Shown here: positions 27,904 to 47,380 of the stretch, piece after piece
How positions within the stretch are numbered: position 1 is the first letter of the stretch
Layout of the letters: every line of letters starts with the position of its first letter
DNA from: Trichoplax sp. H2
Lineage: Eukaryota
DNA: 64,000 bases
Direction: 5' to 3'
Assembly: GCA_003344405.1 (NCBI GenBank)
Contig: NOWV01000100.1
Span: 1 to 64,000 of the forward strand
Translations under genes and position numbers: made by a program
Notes under the pieces: model-generated
Database searches by the model: none
What the model saw: the letters and a program-made list of their open reading frames with translations, nothing else
What the model was told of the DNA's origin: nothing

Positions 27904-29278
27904 TTTATCGTGAACGCCAAGTTCAGGATAATCTTACATTCAAATATTGTCAAATTTAAAATAACTGATACGTATTTCGGCCGTAGTGAGGATATCGGAT
28001 AGGTGCGTATCAAAGAACTAAACTATCTACTGTCATCAAAGATAAATAATGCACAATTATTTTAACTTTGAAAAAGTTCTTGAGAAGTGAAGCAATGTTA
28101 CTCGGCAGTTGCCATATCAAGCTGAAAGGACCTTCCAAGCTTATTTTGTAGACGTCAGTTAAGTATATTTTGATCTAATGAAAAGCATTTTAATGCCAAA
28201 AATTTAGAACTAATTTACAACCACTGGCCAATATTTAAGAATTGTGGGAGATGATCGCGGCATTTTAAATTACATAATCAACCATACATTCTAAGAGGAC
28301 GCCGATAATGCTTACTATTGTAAAATAATAATTGCGAGAGTAAGTGCTTCAGTTCTAGATTCTAGATTCTTGTATCTTGCGATGTTAAAGACCTTCAAAA
28401 TATTTTCAGAGTTGAATCCATCGTTACTTTCAGTATACCGTAGCAGCATATAAATATTCGACGCTACTTGCAATTCTTAAATTCATCGTCAGTAATCACC
28501 AATATCGAAACTTTAGAACGTGAAGTAGCGATGTCTTTCACAGATAAAATCCTAGTCAACCTGATTTTTAATCGAAAGTATAATATTTCGACAGCTGATT
28601 TAAAAATAAGTATCAGTTTAAATGAGATAGAATCGTACTAACTTAATTTTGGAGTTGTTTGTCTGATGTAAAGCAATATAATGAGAAGCTCATTCTTGTA
28701 ACTATATCCCTATATTTAATTAAAATCCGATCATCGGTTGCTATGCATAATTGTTTTGTTTCTGGAGACTCATTATGACATTAATTAAGCGTAAAATGAA
28801 TTTGTTTTGCATGATAAGTAACATAAGACGAAATTTTGATAATAATTTAACCTGGGCAGCCAAAGAAAACATAGGATTAAATGAATGCAGGAAAAATAAA
28901 CATCGGAAGTTCTTTCAGGTCTTTTCTTTTATTCGACAAAATTATTTATAAACCCTAAACTTTAAAAGCTGTGGTTTGCACTGTCAATAATCATTATTAT
29001 TTAGCAAAAATTTATTCAATTATGTTTTTCAAATCATTTAGTTTTTATTTCGTTTCTATGTTATTGAAGTAATTATCATAGCGTATTGAGAGCAAGTGGG
29101 TAAGCTAGACAATAGCAGCTTTATTTGATTTTTTGGGCGCTGCGTAACTAAGATTGTAGTAGTGCCATATTCGTCAGAAATGAGGTATTTCAAAACTGGT
29201 TGTTAACAGCTTTAAAACAGCGGAATATCACATTGGGGATTTTATGGTAATAGTAAAATTGTTATCGGAATTGCAAGT

Positions 29279-29840
29279 TGTAATGTAACTTAGTATTGTG
29301 ATTGTTGACTGTTATCCATGTTTAGTATAATGTACGGTAGCGCAACCTCTATATTTATCTTAAGAGATATTTGGTAGTCATAACTATAGACTGTAGTGGT
29401 AGAGACTCTATGCTAGAGTACAGATGACTATATACAGTAAGGTGTTGAGTTACTAATAAGGCTATAGGTAATAATAGAACTGTAAATCATATATTAGGAT
29501 ATGGTTAATTCATTGTACTTTGCCTGGTGTGAATAATGTCTACGTAATTACTGTTGTTGTATCCATATTGGATTAATGATGGTCCGCAGTAGAATGGTGT
29601 TACTAAGAATAATTTAACTATGTGTAAAATAAGTTAAAAGGTTGCCATACGGATTGTAGCTGCGAATGCTACGGAAAGGATAAAAGCATCCAACTTTAGA
29701 TTAATGTGTTAGTTCGTTGTAGAAGTCTTTAGAAGTAGTATTCGGCTAGGGTAGAGCTGTGCGTAGTTAATCTTTGTATAAGATTGAATAAAGCCCTTAT
29801 TTTTCTAACATTTGGAATTTCGTGATCGGTATATATCACA
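29279..29840 (+). mobile_element. Family-A solo LTR, 562 bp
   Basis: TGT...ACA termini; flanks CAAGT/CAAAT (4 of 5 match); carries an extra 10 bp CGCAACCTCT relative to the 24499 copy. Confidence 0.92.
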
Positions 29841-30612
29841 CAAATGCTTTGATATGGAATCGTATTATTTCATCTTGCGATTTGTACTTTGCCACTATAT
29901 GGAGTTACTGCACTAAAAATCGTTGCAGGTTGCATCCAGTACTAGTAGCCACATGATACCATTTGTATTCTAAATCTTCTTAAAAGTTATTGCTAACCAG
30001 ACTATGATCGATTATCGAATAGTTTCCAATAAAGACTTTTGAGGAATTACAAGAGTTTTTACTATTAAAAAGAGATTTAAATAGATTTACTTAAATAAAT
30101 TTTTCCCGTATAGCTAAGATCATAAATTAAATTCGTCAACTAGATCTGAGTAGATTGGAAGCTCCGACTAGATCCGTTTCGCAGCGTGTATTACTAAGCT
30201 AGTTATTATTTGCTACAATTTTGGTAATTAAATAAGTTATCGCATTATTAGGTTCTGGTACTGCTTTCCACAGCTATACTTTACAATAGCTTATAGAAAA
30301 TGCTTTAGGCCTTTAATAGCCTTGGCGTTTTAAAATAAATAAATTTGCTAGAAGTAGCTTTTGATACATAATAGTCTATGACTATAATAGAGAATAGCAG
30401 ATGCAATCTTCTTCTATCAATAAGCTCAGCCAGCCAGTATCGTTAAATGCTTAATAATAGCTAGTACTATAACATTCTCATTTACTTTAAAAGCCGGTAA
30501 TCCCATGATAATTAAAAACATCCTAACTATCAGATAAATAATTTTAGGAACATGTACTATATGTAATGTTTTACAATAACTGAAGTAGAACGGACTATTT
30601 GATTATCATGCT

Positions 30613-31832
30613 ATGATCACTGCGATACTCCACTATATTTGCCAGTGTGTCAAGAAAATCAACTCGTGGACACAGTAAATAGATACGAAGGAAGTTTCTA
30701 TTTGGCAGAGATGTATAATGTCGCTGGACCAGCCGCTTCATTTTACAGATCTAAACTAACTTTAGCATTTTAGGACCAGTAATAGCTTCCCTCTCCTAAG
30801 AATGGATACCGAAATATTTCACATAGTTCGAATAAAGTACTGTAGTGCTCACTCGTGTATTATAGTATACATGCCATATTCAATTTTATTTTAGCCGTTT
30901 AATGGAGTAGGTTAAGTGTAAGAGACTGTATCATGAATAGAATCTCTAAAAGATGGATCTTGTATTGGCAATTTCTAATGCCACAAAACTATACCTCTGC
31001 TAGGGGTCACTTTACATTCAACAAAACAGTTTATGCTTACTATGTATCCTTCTTTACGAGCATATTTAGAGGAGAGATAAGCAGGCAAAATAAGGTAATA
31101 GTTGTATCTCTTGCTTAAATCATACTAAAGAAGTAGTAGAAATATTATACATGTCACAACCGAGATTGTAACACAAGAATTAAACGGGATTCTTTCCTCT
31201 AAAGTAGACTTAACTATCTAAGCAACTAACTCTAAGCACTCTTTAATCAACCAAACTTAGATTCGAGTCTTAGNNNNNNNNNNNNNNNNNNNNATGATCA
31301 CTGCGATACTCCACTATATTTGCCAGTGTGTCAAGAAAATCAACTCGTGGACACAGTAAATAGATACGAAGGAAGTTTCTATTTGGCAGAGATGTATAAT
31401 GTCGCTGGACCAGCCGCTTTATTTTACAGATCTAAACTAACTTTAGCATTTTAGGACCAGTAATAGCTTCCCTCTCCCAAGAATGGATACCGAAATATTT
31501 CACATAGTTCGAATAAAGTACTGTAGTGCTCACTCGTGTATTATAGTATACATGCCATATTCAATTTTATTTTAGCCGTTTAATGGAGTAGGTTAAGTGT
31601 AAGAGACTGTATCATGAATAGAATCTCTAAAAGATGGATCTTGTATTGGCAATTTCTAATGCCACAAAACTATACCTCTGCTAGGGGTCACTTTACATTC
31701 AACAAAACAGTTTATGCTTACTATGTACCCTTCTTTACGAGCATATTTAGAGGAGAGATAAGCAGGCAAAATAAGGTAATAGTTGTATCTCTTGCTTAAA
31801 TCATACTAAAGAAGTAGTAGAAATATTATACA
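30613..31832. repeat. 539-bp direct duplication across an assembly gap (30613-31151 and 31294-31832)
   Basis: Offset 681; three substitutions seen between the copies; N gap at 31274-31293. Probably two haplotypes assembled in tandem. Confidence 0.9.
31152..31273. mobile_element. TGTCAC-terminated element end, truncated by gap
   Basis: TGTCACAACCGAGATTGTAACA begins exactly where the first duplicate copy departs from the second. Confidence 0.7.
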
Positions 31833-32456
31833 GTAGCCGCTTAATAATGCGCCCATAATTAATGATCATGACAAGTAAAGGCAAGACGTAAGTAACGATC
31901 GTTGCTGTAAGGAAATAGGCCGGAGTGAGATATTCCAAGTTAGGGAAATAAACTATGTCATAACTTCCGATGGTATAGCTGTTACTATAACTAACATTAG
32001 GACTGGAATAGGAAAAATACAACCAAGCATCCAAATCGTTGTTATTGATTGAATAACAAATCGTAAACGGATTGCATCTGTTCGCACCATTGATATTTGG
32101 GAAGCAACTTTAAAACGATGGATACTAATCACGGTTAAACTATATACAGATATATTATAAGAACAGTACAGTGTGTATACCAATATCTTGCAGAATACAA
32201 TATATTACCAAATTGTAAGGTTTGCTTGGACATATAAAACGGCGCTGAACCTAGTGCTGATAATTGTAACGAACTTAGACAATCATTTATCACAATACTT
32301 CTTATCATTATATATGTAGGATCTTTCAATCGCTTGGAAAAAACGATGACATAGAGTATAGCAACATTAAAAATGAAGCCAATTAAGCCTACTGATATTA
32401 AGACGATAGCTGGCGGATCGACTTAAAAAAATATTGTTGTATTATTTTAGGCACAT
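31735..32456 (-). pseudogene. Frameshifted, internally deleted GPCR pseudogene
   Basis: GLIGFIFN...SKRLKDPTY...INDCLSSLQL, YNISVYSLTVISIHRF and YVLPLLVMIINYGRII are in three frames. The TM6 region is missing and a TM7-like FACLSPLNMLV is then cut off. Confidence 0.85.
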
Positions 32457-33601
32457 AACTTTTGTTCTGGGTTGGCCTAGCGAATAGAAACTTGAAAACG
32501 TCAGTTTATTTCTGAAGTCTTAATTTCATTTTGCAGTCCATTAATTTATTGCACTTAAAATTGAAAATTATTTATCATTCGAACAAGCATTTCTTCCTTT
32601 TATTTTTGAGATAGTGAGTATAAATTTTGAAGCCATTGATAATTTAATAATCCTTCAAGTAAATATAGTTTTAATTCATATAGTTGCCGAATTAATCCTC
32701 AAATTACTTAGCACCTTAATTACGGACAAGATTTTCCGTCCAATTCTAACCTATTAGAAAGTTTTGGTATTTGCCTTTAGCAGAAAGATCTTATTTGTAG
32801 GTAATAAGCTACACCATAGATCAAATTTTATTATCTAGATTTCAATAATTTAGCGACAAGAACGAAAACTGAATAAAAATTTTTTCTATTTCACGTCAAT
32901 TTGAATTTGAATGTAGGACGTAATTGAATTATCGACTTTTATTGATACTGAATGAGTAATATCGAATTTAGATATGCCTAATTTAACTACTGATATATTC
33001 TAATACTATTTTCATAAAGTCGTTTATAGTTTTAAAAGATGTATACTGATATAGCAATATCACATCTTTACTAGGTCACTTACTGTAAATAGAACATTCA
33101 ATTTTTATTGCTATTGTAGCAGAAAAGTAAAAAAATACGCGTATTTCTAGAATAGAAGAGTTATTCAGTTTCTGTTGAGCTTCATTGTTAGGTGAGATTG
33201 ACAATAATAAAGCTGTTTTTCCATTCATTTTTTAATGTCCTAAAATCTGATTGTTGATTGACTTTGCACTGTTACGTAATTGAATTATTCGATTAATTAG
33301 TTCAAATGTAATTCGTCACCAAAAGTAGAAAATTCTAAAATACCGCCGTGCTTTTCTTTATGAGACATACTGTAACCCACACGATAACTATGATGTTTAT
33401 CAATGCCGCATCCCTGTTATTGTAATAAAACTCGATAGCTTTAATATTACTAGTACTTGTAGACCTGTTACAAATTTCAATTTGTATCCAAAAAAATTTT
33501 AAACTATTGCAGAAATTACACTATAAGTCTAATATCAGGTTTGTTCTCCCTGACACTAATCTACAGTACGACCCTAAATACTCTCCTATCGCCAAGAGGA
33601 C

Positions 33602-33883
33602 TGTCACGGTACGAACTACCGTGAAGAAATAGCTATCTAAATTTGGTTAATATAATATAGTGATAATATATTACAATAGGAATTACTCTAATTATAAATG
33701 TGTTGCAGTAAATTTAATGCTGTGCTGTAATGTGCACTGAAATGATTCTGTGAATGGACACGTTGTAGTCCGAATGTGAAAAATTAGTTAGTAGATGTTC
33801 TCACCTAAGTATTTTTATAAGATGACTCATGAATGTTAGAGATTTATTTTACGTTATCCTTGTCACGAAGCTGGTTTGTGACA
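33602..33883 (+). mobile_element. 282-bp short family-B-related element, perfect 5-bp TSD
   Basis: TGTCAC...GTGACA; AGGAC at 33597-33601 and 33884-33888; the last ~48 bp are the reverse complement of the 5796/17542 left ends. Confidence 0.9.
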
Positions 33884-36146
33884 AGGACCAATAACATAAC
33901 ACTAGTCTATCTTAGACGTAAAGGAACCTAAAGTTTATTGTAAATTTATTCAGTTTATAGGAAATAGACATGAACGTTAATTATCAGTTTATAGATAATA
34001 TTATAAAACTATGTAGTTGTCTATGAAAAGTATATCCAGCGTCATAGGTAGCGATATATTATCTGACGAAAATAAGATAAATATTTCGTAGGATAAGTCA
34101 CCTCGTGGCAAGGCCATACCATGCTTTTACGAAATTTTTTTACTAGGTATTCTTAAAAGTTTACGAGATAATCATGACTAGAGGGATAATCCTGATGGTG
34201 ACTTTTAAAAAAGTATGATACCAATGGCACTTTTAATTCTACACGCTTACTCAAGTTCTGCTAAACTTTATTTTATGTATAGTGGAACAATCCAATATTG
34301 AGCATATAATCATACTCAGAATGTGACGCAATTCAATATATGCCTATAAATTTTCTCCTATGATTATCTTGATGAAAAAGAATTATTTTACGCGTCGGAA
34401 GCGATGAAAATAATTTGTGTATAAATCATTCATTACACGTAAATTTTTTGCTAAAAAAATATAAGGAGGTACATCTTAAAATATTTTGTATGTCGCCATT
34501 TTCGACTTGTCATCGCTGATTTCTGTTACAATTTGGATATCAATCGCATAACAACAAGAAATAGTGCTCCTGAGAATAAAGGTCAGGCCGATAGTTTGGA
34601 GGCCAGGATGAGTAATAATAACTAATTATTATATTTATTCATGTTACAGTTGTTTTCAATAACGCATATCAGTGTATTGTTATGCTATAAAAATTCATAA
34701 ATTACCGATAGCTTTTAATTACTTTTTTAAACTGCCGGCATATTGGGAATGTACTTTAAGCAAGATACACCTAAAACTATTTTACATTTCGTATTTTTCC
34801 TATCCAGCAATTAATGACAGTAACACGTGCAATGCGGTTCCTAATCCTGTATGGACTCTGCATTACTACAGATAATTAATTACGGATGGATAGTAACAGC
34901 TGCGATTATATGAATGAAGATATAAGCACTTTAACGTTATAATGTCGGATTTACAAATACTGGCATTAAATAGAAGTACAGTACAAATACAAGTGCAGTA
35001 TAGACATGATGGGAATGATTCGATGCGAGACATTAGCTTATGCACCTGAATAGAGTATAAAATAGTTAGACGGACCGAAAATGCACGTTACAAAGCTTTA
35101 TATAATCACAAATATGCTCTCATTACTTTAATAAAATTATCTTCAATGTAAGCTAATCAATTATCTCTAGTATAGTAGCAACTGACATATACTGGCAGCA
35201 TACAGCACCATAGGAAACCTCCTCTGCCTCAAACGAACGGGCATTAAATGACAGCTGTCGACGTTTTATAGTATATGGAGCACGAAACATCTGAAATGGA
35301 AATTCAATGATATGGTCAAAGCCCGAATAACTTGCTAACGACAGAGTGTAGGAAATAATCAGTGCGGTATAACTAGCAGTTGTTCGCAAAAGCAATCTAT
35401 CCACAACAGCAATCACCTAGATAGCTACATTACGATAGTTGGAAAAATGATCGAAAAATAGAACCCGTGTGAAGATTTGGAGGCTATTTCAGATGCCGCA
35501 CAAGTGTACAGCACAATGACTAAACTTGCGAGGTTTTATATTTTGAAGGGAACCGTAAGATGGTTAGCCGTGGGTTGCGGCTTGAGAGTATGTAAACGCG
35601 TATGTTACTAGTGTTCTACGCATTCAAGGGTAGGATGGAGACTTTTTAACTGTGTCGTACAGCTAGAACAGAAGTGTACATGTTACAAAACAGCATTGCA
35701 ACAAAATAACCTAATGTATGATCAATAAGTTGATTCTCTGAAGTAGGTATCAGGGAGCAATAACTATTTATCGGAACACTTTTCCTATACTATACTGGTA
35801 GACTACACAAAGACTATTTAGACGCCTGGTATTTTACGTTAAATACTAATCTTAAGAAGTAACTTTTTTCTACGGTATACCGCATTTATATACTCTTTTA
35901 CAATAGTTTCGACATCCTAGATAGTAATATGAACGTTGAAACTTTCCAATGAATCAAAAGCTAATTTTACCTGCAGCTACCTAATGAAAACAACAGCATT
36001 AACGAACATAGACATCTAATGACTAATGTATAATAGTCAGATTACATCACTTGTACGTTCTATTACGGAATATTCCCACGATAATCTACGATCTATCATA
36101 AGTACGTTACAATCGTAGTGATTGGAATTGTAAGTAGATCATTCTT

Positions 36147-36745
36147 GATTCCCTAATTTAACTATTAATTTCAGTATCTCTCTATATATATTACTGCCAT
36201 AAAAGTTAGGGCTATATTTAAACACCACATATCTAAAATAGAAACTCACTAAATAACTCTTTCTATTCTAATTCCGATACTACAGCGTATAACACTGTGA
36301 CAGTACAGTACCGCAATATCATGTCAGCTTACATACTGTACTGTAGACTAGCTTTCATTTGTTCATACGTAGAGGTTAGGAAAACTTTTTCTTTAACCTT
36401 AACTCTATGGTTTCGTTAATAATTTCTATGACTAAGACTATATGATAGAACGAGCAAAAAGTAATATGAAATACAGCAAGAGCCAGCCGATACTGGTGAA
36501 TATTCCACTGTGCTGTAGTTATTCAAGATTACGCTAAGCTGAAAGTCAAGTATTGGGAGTATTTACACTTTCCGTGATTCCCTAGTTCAACTATTAATAT
36601 CAGTATATATATACGAGTATATCACTGCCATAAAAGCTAGGGCTATATTTAAACACCACGTATCTAAATTAGAAATTCATTCAAGAAATATTTCTACTTC
36701 AATTTCGATACTACAGTGTATAACACTGGAACAGTATTGGAGTAT
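36147..36745. repeat. Imperfect ~160-bp direct repeat (about 36147-36308 and 36576-36737)
   Basis: Both copies share GATTCCCTA...ACTGCCATAAAAG.TAGGGCTATATTTAAACACCAC...CGATACTACAG.GTATAACACTG. Confidence 0.85.
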
Positions 36746-38483
36746 TTACACTTTTCATGGCTACAAAGTATGAATGTGAAGACTATGATTTCTATACCAT
36801 AAATTGACAGAACTCAGTATGTACAGTACACTTCGATTAAATTCGGTCTCTTTGCTAAAGTTAGTAAAACACTATCCTGCATCACAGCAATAGAGTATTG
36901 TTTTACTAATAATCACTGAAGAAATCGAGCCGAGGAGCTACATATAGTGTTCCCCATTCCATTCGGTTATTTCGAAAGAGGCGACAAAGTCTTCCAACAT
37001 GCCTAAGTCGTCCAGTACGCACTAGACTGCTTGTAAGTAAAGCACTGTCATGTCAATTCTGACCATAAAGTACTCGGATTTTCCAATGTTTCCTTCCTTT
37101 TACCTCGTAGTACAGTAGGGGATAAAACTAAAGAGGAAGACTTTAGTAGCTTTAGTGTACGTCTACACCTTTCTGATCAGGAGCTAAGGGGAAAAGGGGG
37201 ACCAAATTTTAAGATTTTGTCCCATGCCTGAGATCTTCTTCCAGTTGTCCTTGCCATATGGTGCACGGACAGACAGCATCCATCGCATAGTACTACTGTA
37301 CAGTACACTGTGCAGTATGTTAAGTAGGGGAGGTTAGAAAAGGACGCTCTTGGCAGCATAGAAGATGTCAACAATGTTATGGAGATGGGGCGCTTACTTG
37401 CAAGAAAGATGAAACAAAGTTTGCTACCTTATCGTTGATAATTGTTGACTATTTGTGGTTTATTCAAGCTTTCAGTACATCCGAGTTACAAACAACACTG
37501 ATAGGTTGTATTCCCAAGTGCAAAGGCAATCGTTATAGCGAGAAATCATTCGTTGTTGGCCATTACCGTATCCCTGCAATTCGCTTTCAAGCCGGTAAGT
37601 GTTGACAACTGGACCATAGAAAATACTGTAATGGAGACTTGTGATAAAAGGAAGGAGAGGAAACGGTAGTAGTTTTTAAACTGATAATCTTATCATTCCA
37701 GTTAAAACATAGTCGATCCAATGGAAAGAGACGATCAGGTATGCACAAGTTGTAACACTACAGCATGGAAAGCCCATTTATTATGGAAAGTTGCATGTAT
37801 AGGACGTTGCATCTACTGTACAGCATATTTGCTTTGATGATGTTTACTATATTCCCCCCTTCCGGGTGGTACACATTCAGGGCAATTGCTCGTCGAGAGC
37901 TGCGCTATTCCACCCATTAAATATCATCTAGACGTAGATGGAAACATGCTTATTTATTTCTTTCTAGCCGCGATATGCCACATAATGAGTGTGCGAGTTG
38001 AGAACATTGAACATTAAATCGACTCTCGATGGAGTTTCATTCGACAAATCGGGAATCGGCCATTCCCTTGAGGTGACTGGTCGATTGACCATGGGGAATT
38101 AAATGCAATCACGGAAAATTGTGAAGCATAATTATCAATGAAATCAAGCTACTTTATAAGAGAGATTCATCCATTTAATTGGCGCAGATTTTACTTTACC
38201 CAACCCATCGTGATTTTCTGCGAGCACTTTACGAAACTCTTCGGTCGATCGTAAAATAAAATTAATGGCACGATGCAGTAATATTGTACTTTATACAGTG
38301 TACTGTATTGTAGGTAGTTCCTGGATAGGCATCTTCTGATATATCGTCTATGCTACCCTCTGTATTGCTTGACTTTTAGCCATTATATCTTAAATCTCGC
38401 CGTATTACTCCATAGAGTCAATTAGAATTATATTCCAAATTGATTATAGTCTAATTGATTATTTTACAGTAAATTACCAGAAA

Positions 38484-41929
<3,446 letters not shown>

Positions 41930-43392
41930 ATCTCTATTAAATTCAAGGTGCCTCAGCATACTCATTTGTACATAGATGAATTTGATAATCTTCTCCGCAC
42001 ATTTATAGTTATTACATGGTCAGGTAATCTGCTGTCGTTGACCTGTACTTCGTAGTAGAACTTTCAATTATTACCAATTATACTATCCAAACTAAAGTGT
42101 ATTTAACTTATATAAGTGTTGCTGCCGGTATTTAATGATCCCATCATTTACTTCAAATAATTGCCATTATGTCTTCATATAATGTCCAATTACAATTGTA
42201 TGCATACCATACCAAAATGTAGCTCTAACAGTCTAACCATCTCTAGGCGATTTATATATTGTCTAGTAAAATGCCAGCTGCAGTTTCTATCGTATTGTAT
42301 AAATATTACATTTCACGTCGCAGTTTGGCGTAGTCTTAGACTATATTCTGTGATATCAAGTTAATGAATACTATATTGGTACGGATCGATTCTTAATCAC
42401 AATTAAAATCGGCTTGAGTAATTCTAAATTGCAATTATTATACTTTAAATCAATAAAGGGTTACGTTGCTAATCTTGTATACATACAAGTACGTAACAAT
42501 CATTGATAATTTATAATATTTCCATGTCTTTTATTCTTGGGATGCAAAAGAACTTGGCACAATTAACTTTCGCTTGGATGCTGCAAGGATCATGTAGAAA
42601 TTGCTAAGAAAGTGTTTATGATCGTAATTTGTCTGGAAGTATGTGCATCACCCATGAAATCATCAAATTGATTACACTCTCAGATATTATAGTTTTTTCC
42701 GTGTAGCTACTATTCTTAATGGCCTTTAAATAAGTAAGCCAAGGAACATTTGTTACAGTATTCGTAGCATGACAGCAGTGCCGCAAAGTTAAATATCATT
42801 GCCACGACCCATTAGTAATTGCAACAATAACACAATATTTAATCCTTTCTACTATCCCAAATGGCTACTATTTAATATTAATTCCTTCATGATCGTGAAA
42901 ATTGGACAGACATAACCTTAAGGATATACTTTGATTTCAATATCATTAAGCAGTTATGTTAACATCTAAATGAAATAAATCTACATATATATATATATCA
43001 GTCGTACAATTACATTATATTTCCTCAAAATTACATGGCATCTTAAACTGGAAAGAATATAATAGCATTCACAGCACCACTTATTCATTAATCAATTTAA
43101 TACAAATTCAACTATCTCAGAATAGAAAATCCAGTTATTAAATACTTTTACGACATATTTTTAAGTTGTTAAATATACGAATTATAAACCAAAGTTTTTT
43201 TTACAAGAAGTGTTATACACTGTCACCTACTACCGTACATTAATTGCAATGATTACTCAGTACGCATTATCAAAGAGGAAATATCAGGGTCCAAGTCAAG
43301 ACATAAACAGAAATGGTTTAAAGAGTTAACAACGGATCAAATATACGATAAGAAATACAGTATGCACATAGCAAAATATAGGGTATTAAAAA

Positions 43393-46375
<2,983 letters not shown>

Positions 46376-46911
46376 GGCTCCAATATGAGGTATTTAGCCT
46401 GGACTGTACGTCGAAAATGTGTTCAAAATTGCAATGAGCAAGAGTAAAATTTGAATGTTTTGCAAGAAAACAATTTGCTAATTCTGTATTACCGAATGAC
46501 TACAGTACTTCTGGCAATGTTGGAATCTGTAGACTCTGGACTACAGTACACAGTACTGTACCACGATTACTGTGGTATGGACTGCTGGACAGACATATTC
46601 TCCATCCTTTCGTCAAGATATTCGAGGTGTCAAACCCTTGGTTATGATAGTACTTACGTATCCAAAAAGTCAATTTTAAATTGACTGATTTTCCCCAAAA
46701 ACAGGTACTGAGTTCTTCTTGGGAACAGTTGTATACGATCATAAATGGTATTTAAATTAGTGCAAATTAGTCGTAAATGGTATTTCAGTGAGTACCAGCA
46801 CTTTAGAAAAGAGACACGAAAGATCGACATACTGTATCCTAAGTAGCATCGTCTTTTTCGATATTTATTTGATCAGAAAAGTCTGTCTGTCTTCCCGGTC
46901 ATGAATTACTG

Positions 46912-47380
46912 TTCCTTGGACTGAAAGAGTGCCTGACTGTACTGTACTCAGTGTACTGTACAGTGTACTGTACAGTACAGTACAGTGAATCACTGAATCT
47001 ACAGTACTGTACTGTACTGTACTGTACAGTACAGTGTACAGTACAGTATTCTACAGTACTGTCGTCTATAATTACAGTACAAACTAGAAGAGAAGAGTAA
47101 CAACGCTTTGAATGGTAAAGTACAGTACGCTTTGTATGGTACTGTACAGTATACTGTATCCTGTACTGTTAGGAACTGCTAGCAATACATGGACTGACCC
47201 TGGACTGACTTTCCTTGGACTGAAAGAGTGCGTGACTGTACTGTACACACTGTACTGTACAGTACACTGTACAGTACAGTGTACAGTGTACAGTACAAAC
47301 TGGAAGAGAAAATATACTTTATACTGTATACAGTATCCTGTATCCTGTGCTGTTAGGAACTGCTAGAAGTACAGTACTGC
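46912..47380. repeat. CAGTA/TACTG-rich low-complexity block arranged as two related units
   Basis: TTCCTTGGACTGAAAGAGTGC starts at 46912 and 47211; each is followed by ACTGT/ACAGT arrays and ends with CTGTTAGGAACTGCTAG. Confidence 0.9.

Noticed and set aside
24499-29840. Two family-A LTRs as the ends of one full retrotransposon carrying a GPCR
   Set aside because: Each LTR has its own TSD (ACGGG; CAAGT/CAAAT), the outer flanks do not match, and no gag/pol lies between them.
30933-31799. Two near-identical 61-aa ORFs as a duplicated small gene
   Set aside because: They arise from the gap-flanking duplication and partly overlap the antisense strand of a GPCR pseudogene.
47112-47366. 84-aa Cys/Thr/Val/Tyr-rich ORF
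   Set aside because: It is a translation of the CAGTA/TACTG low-complexity repeat.
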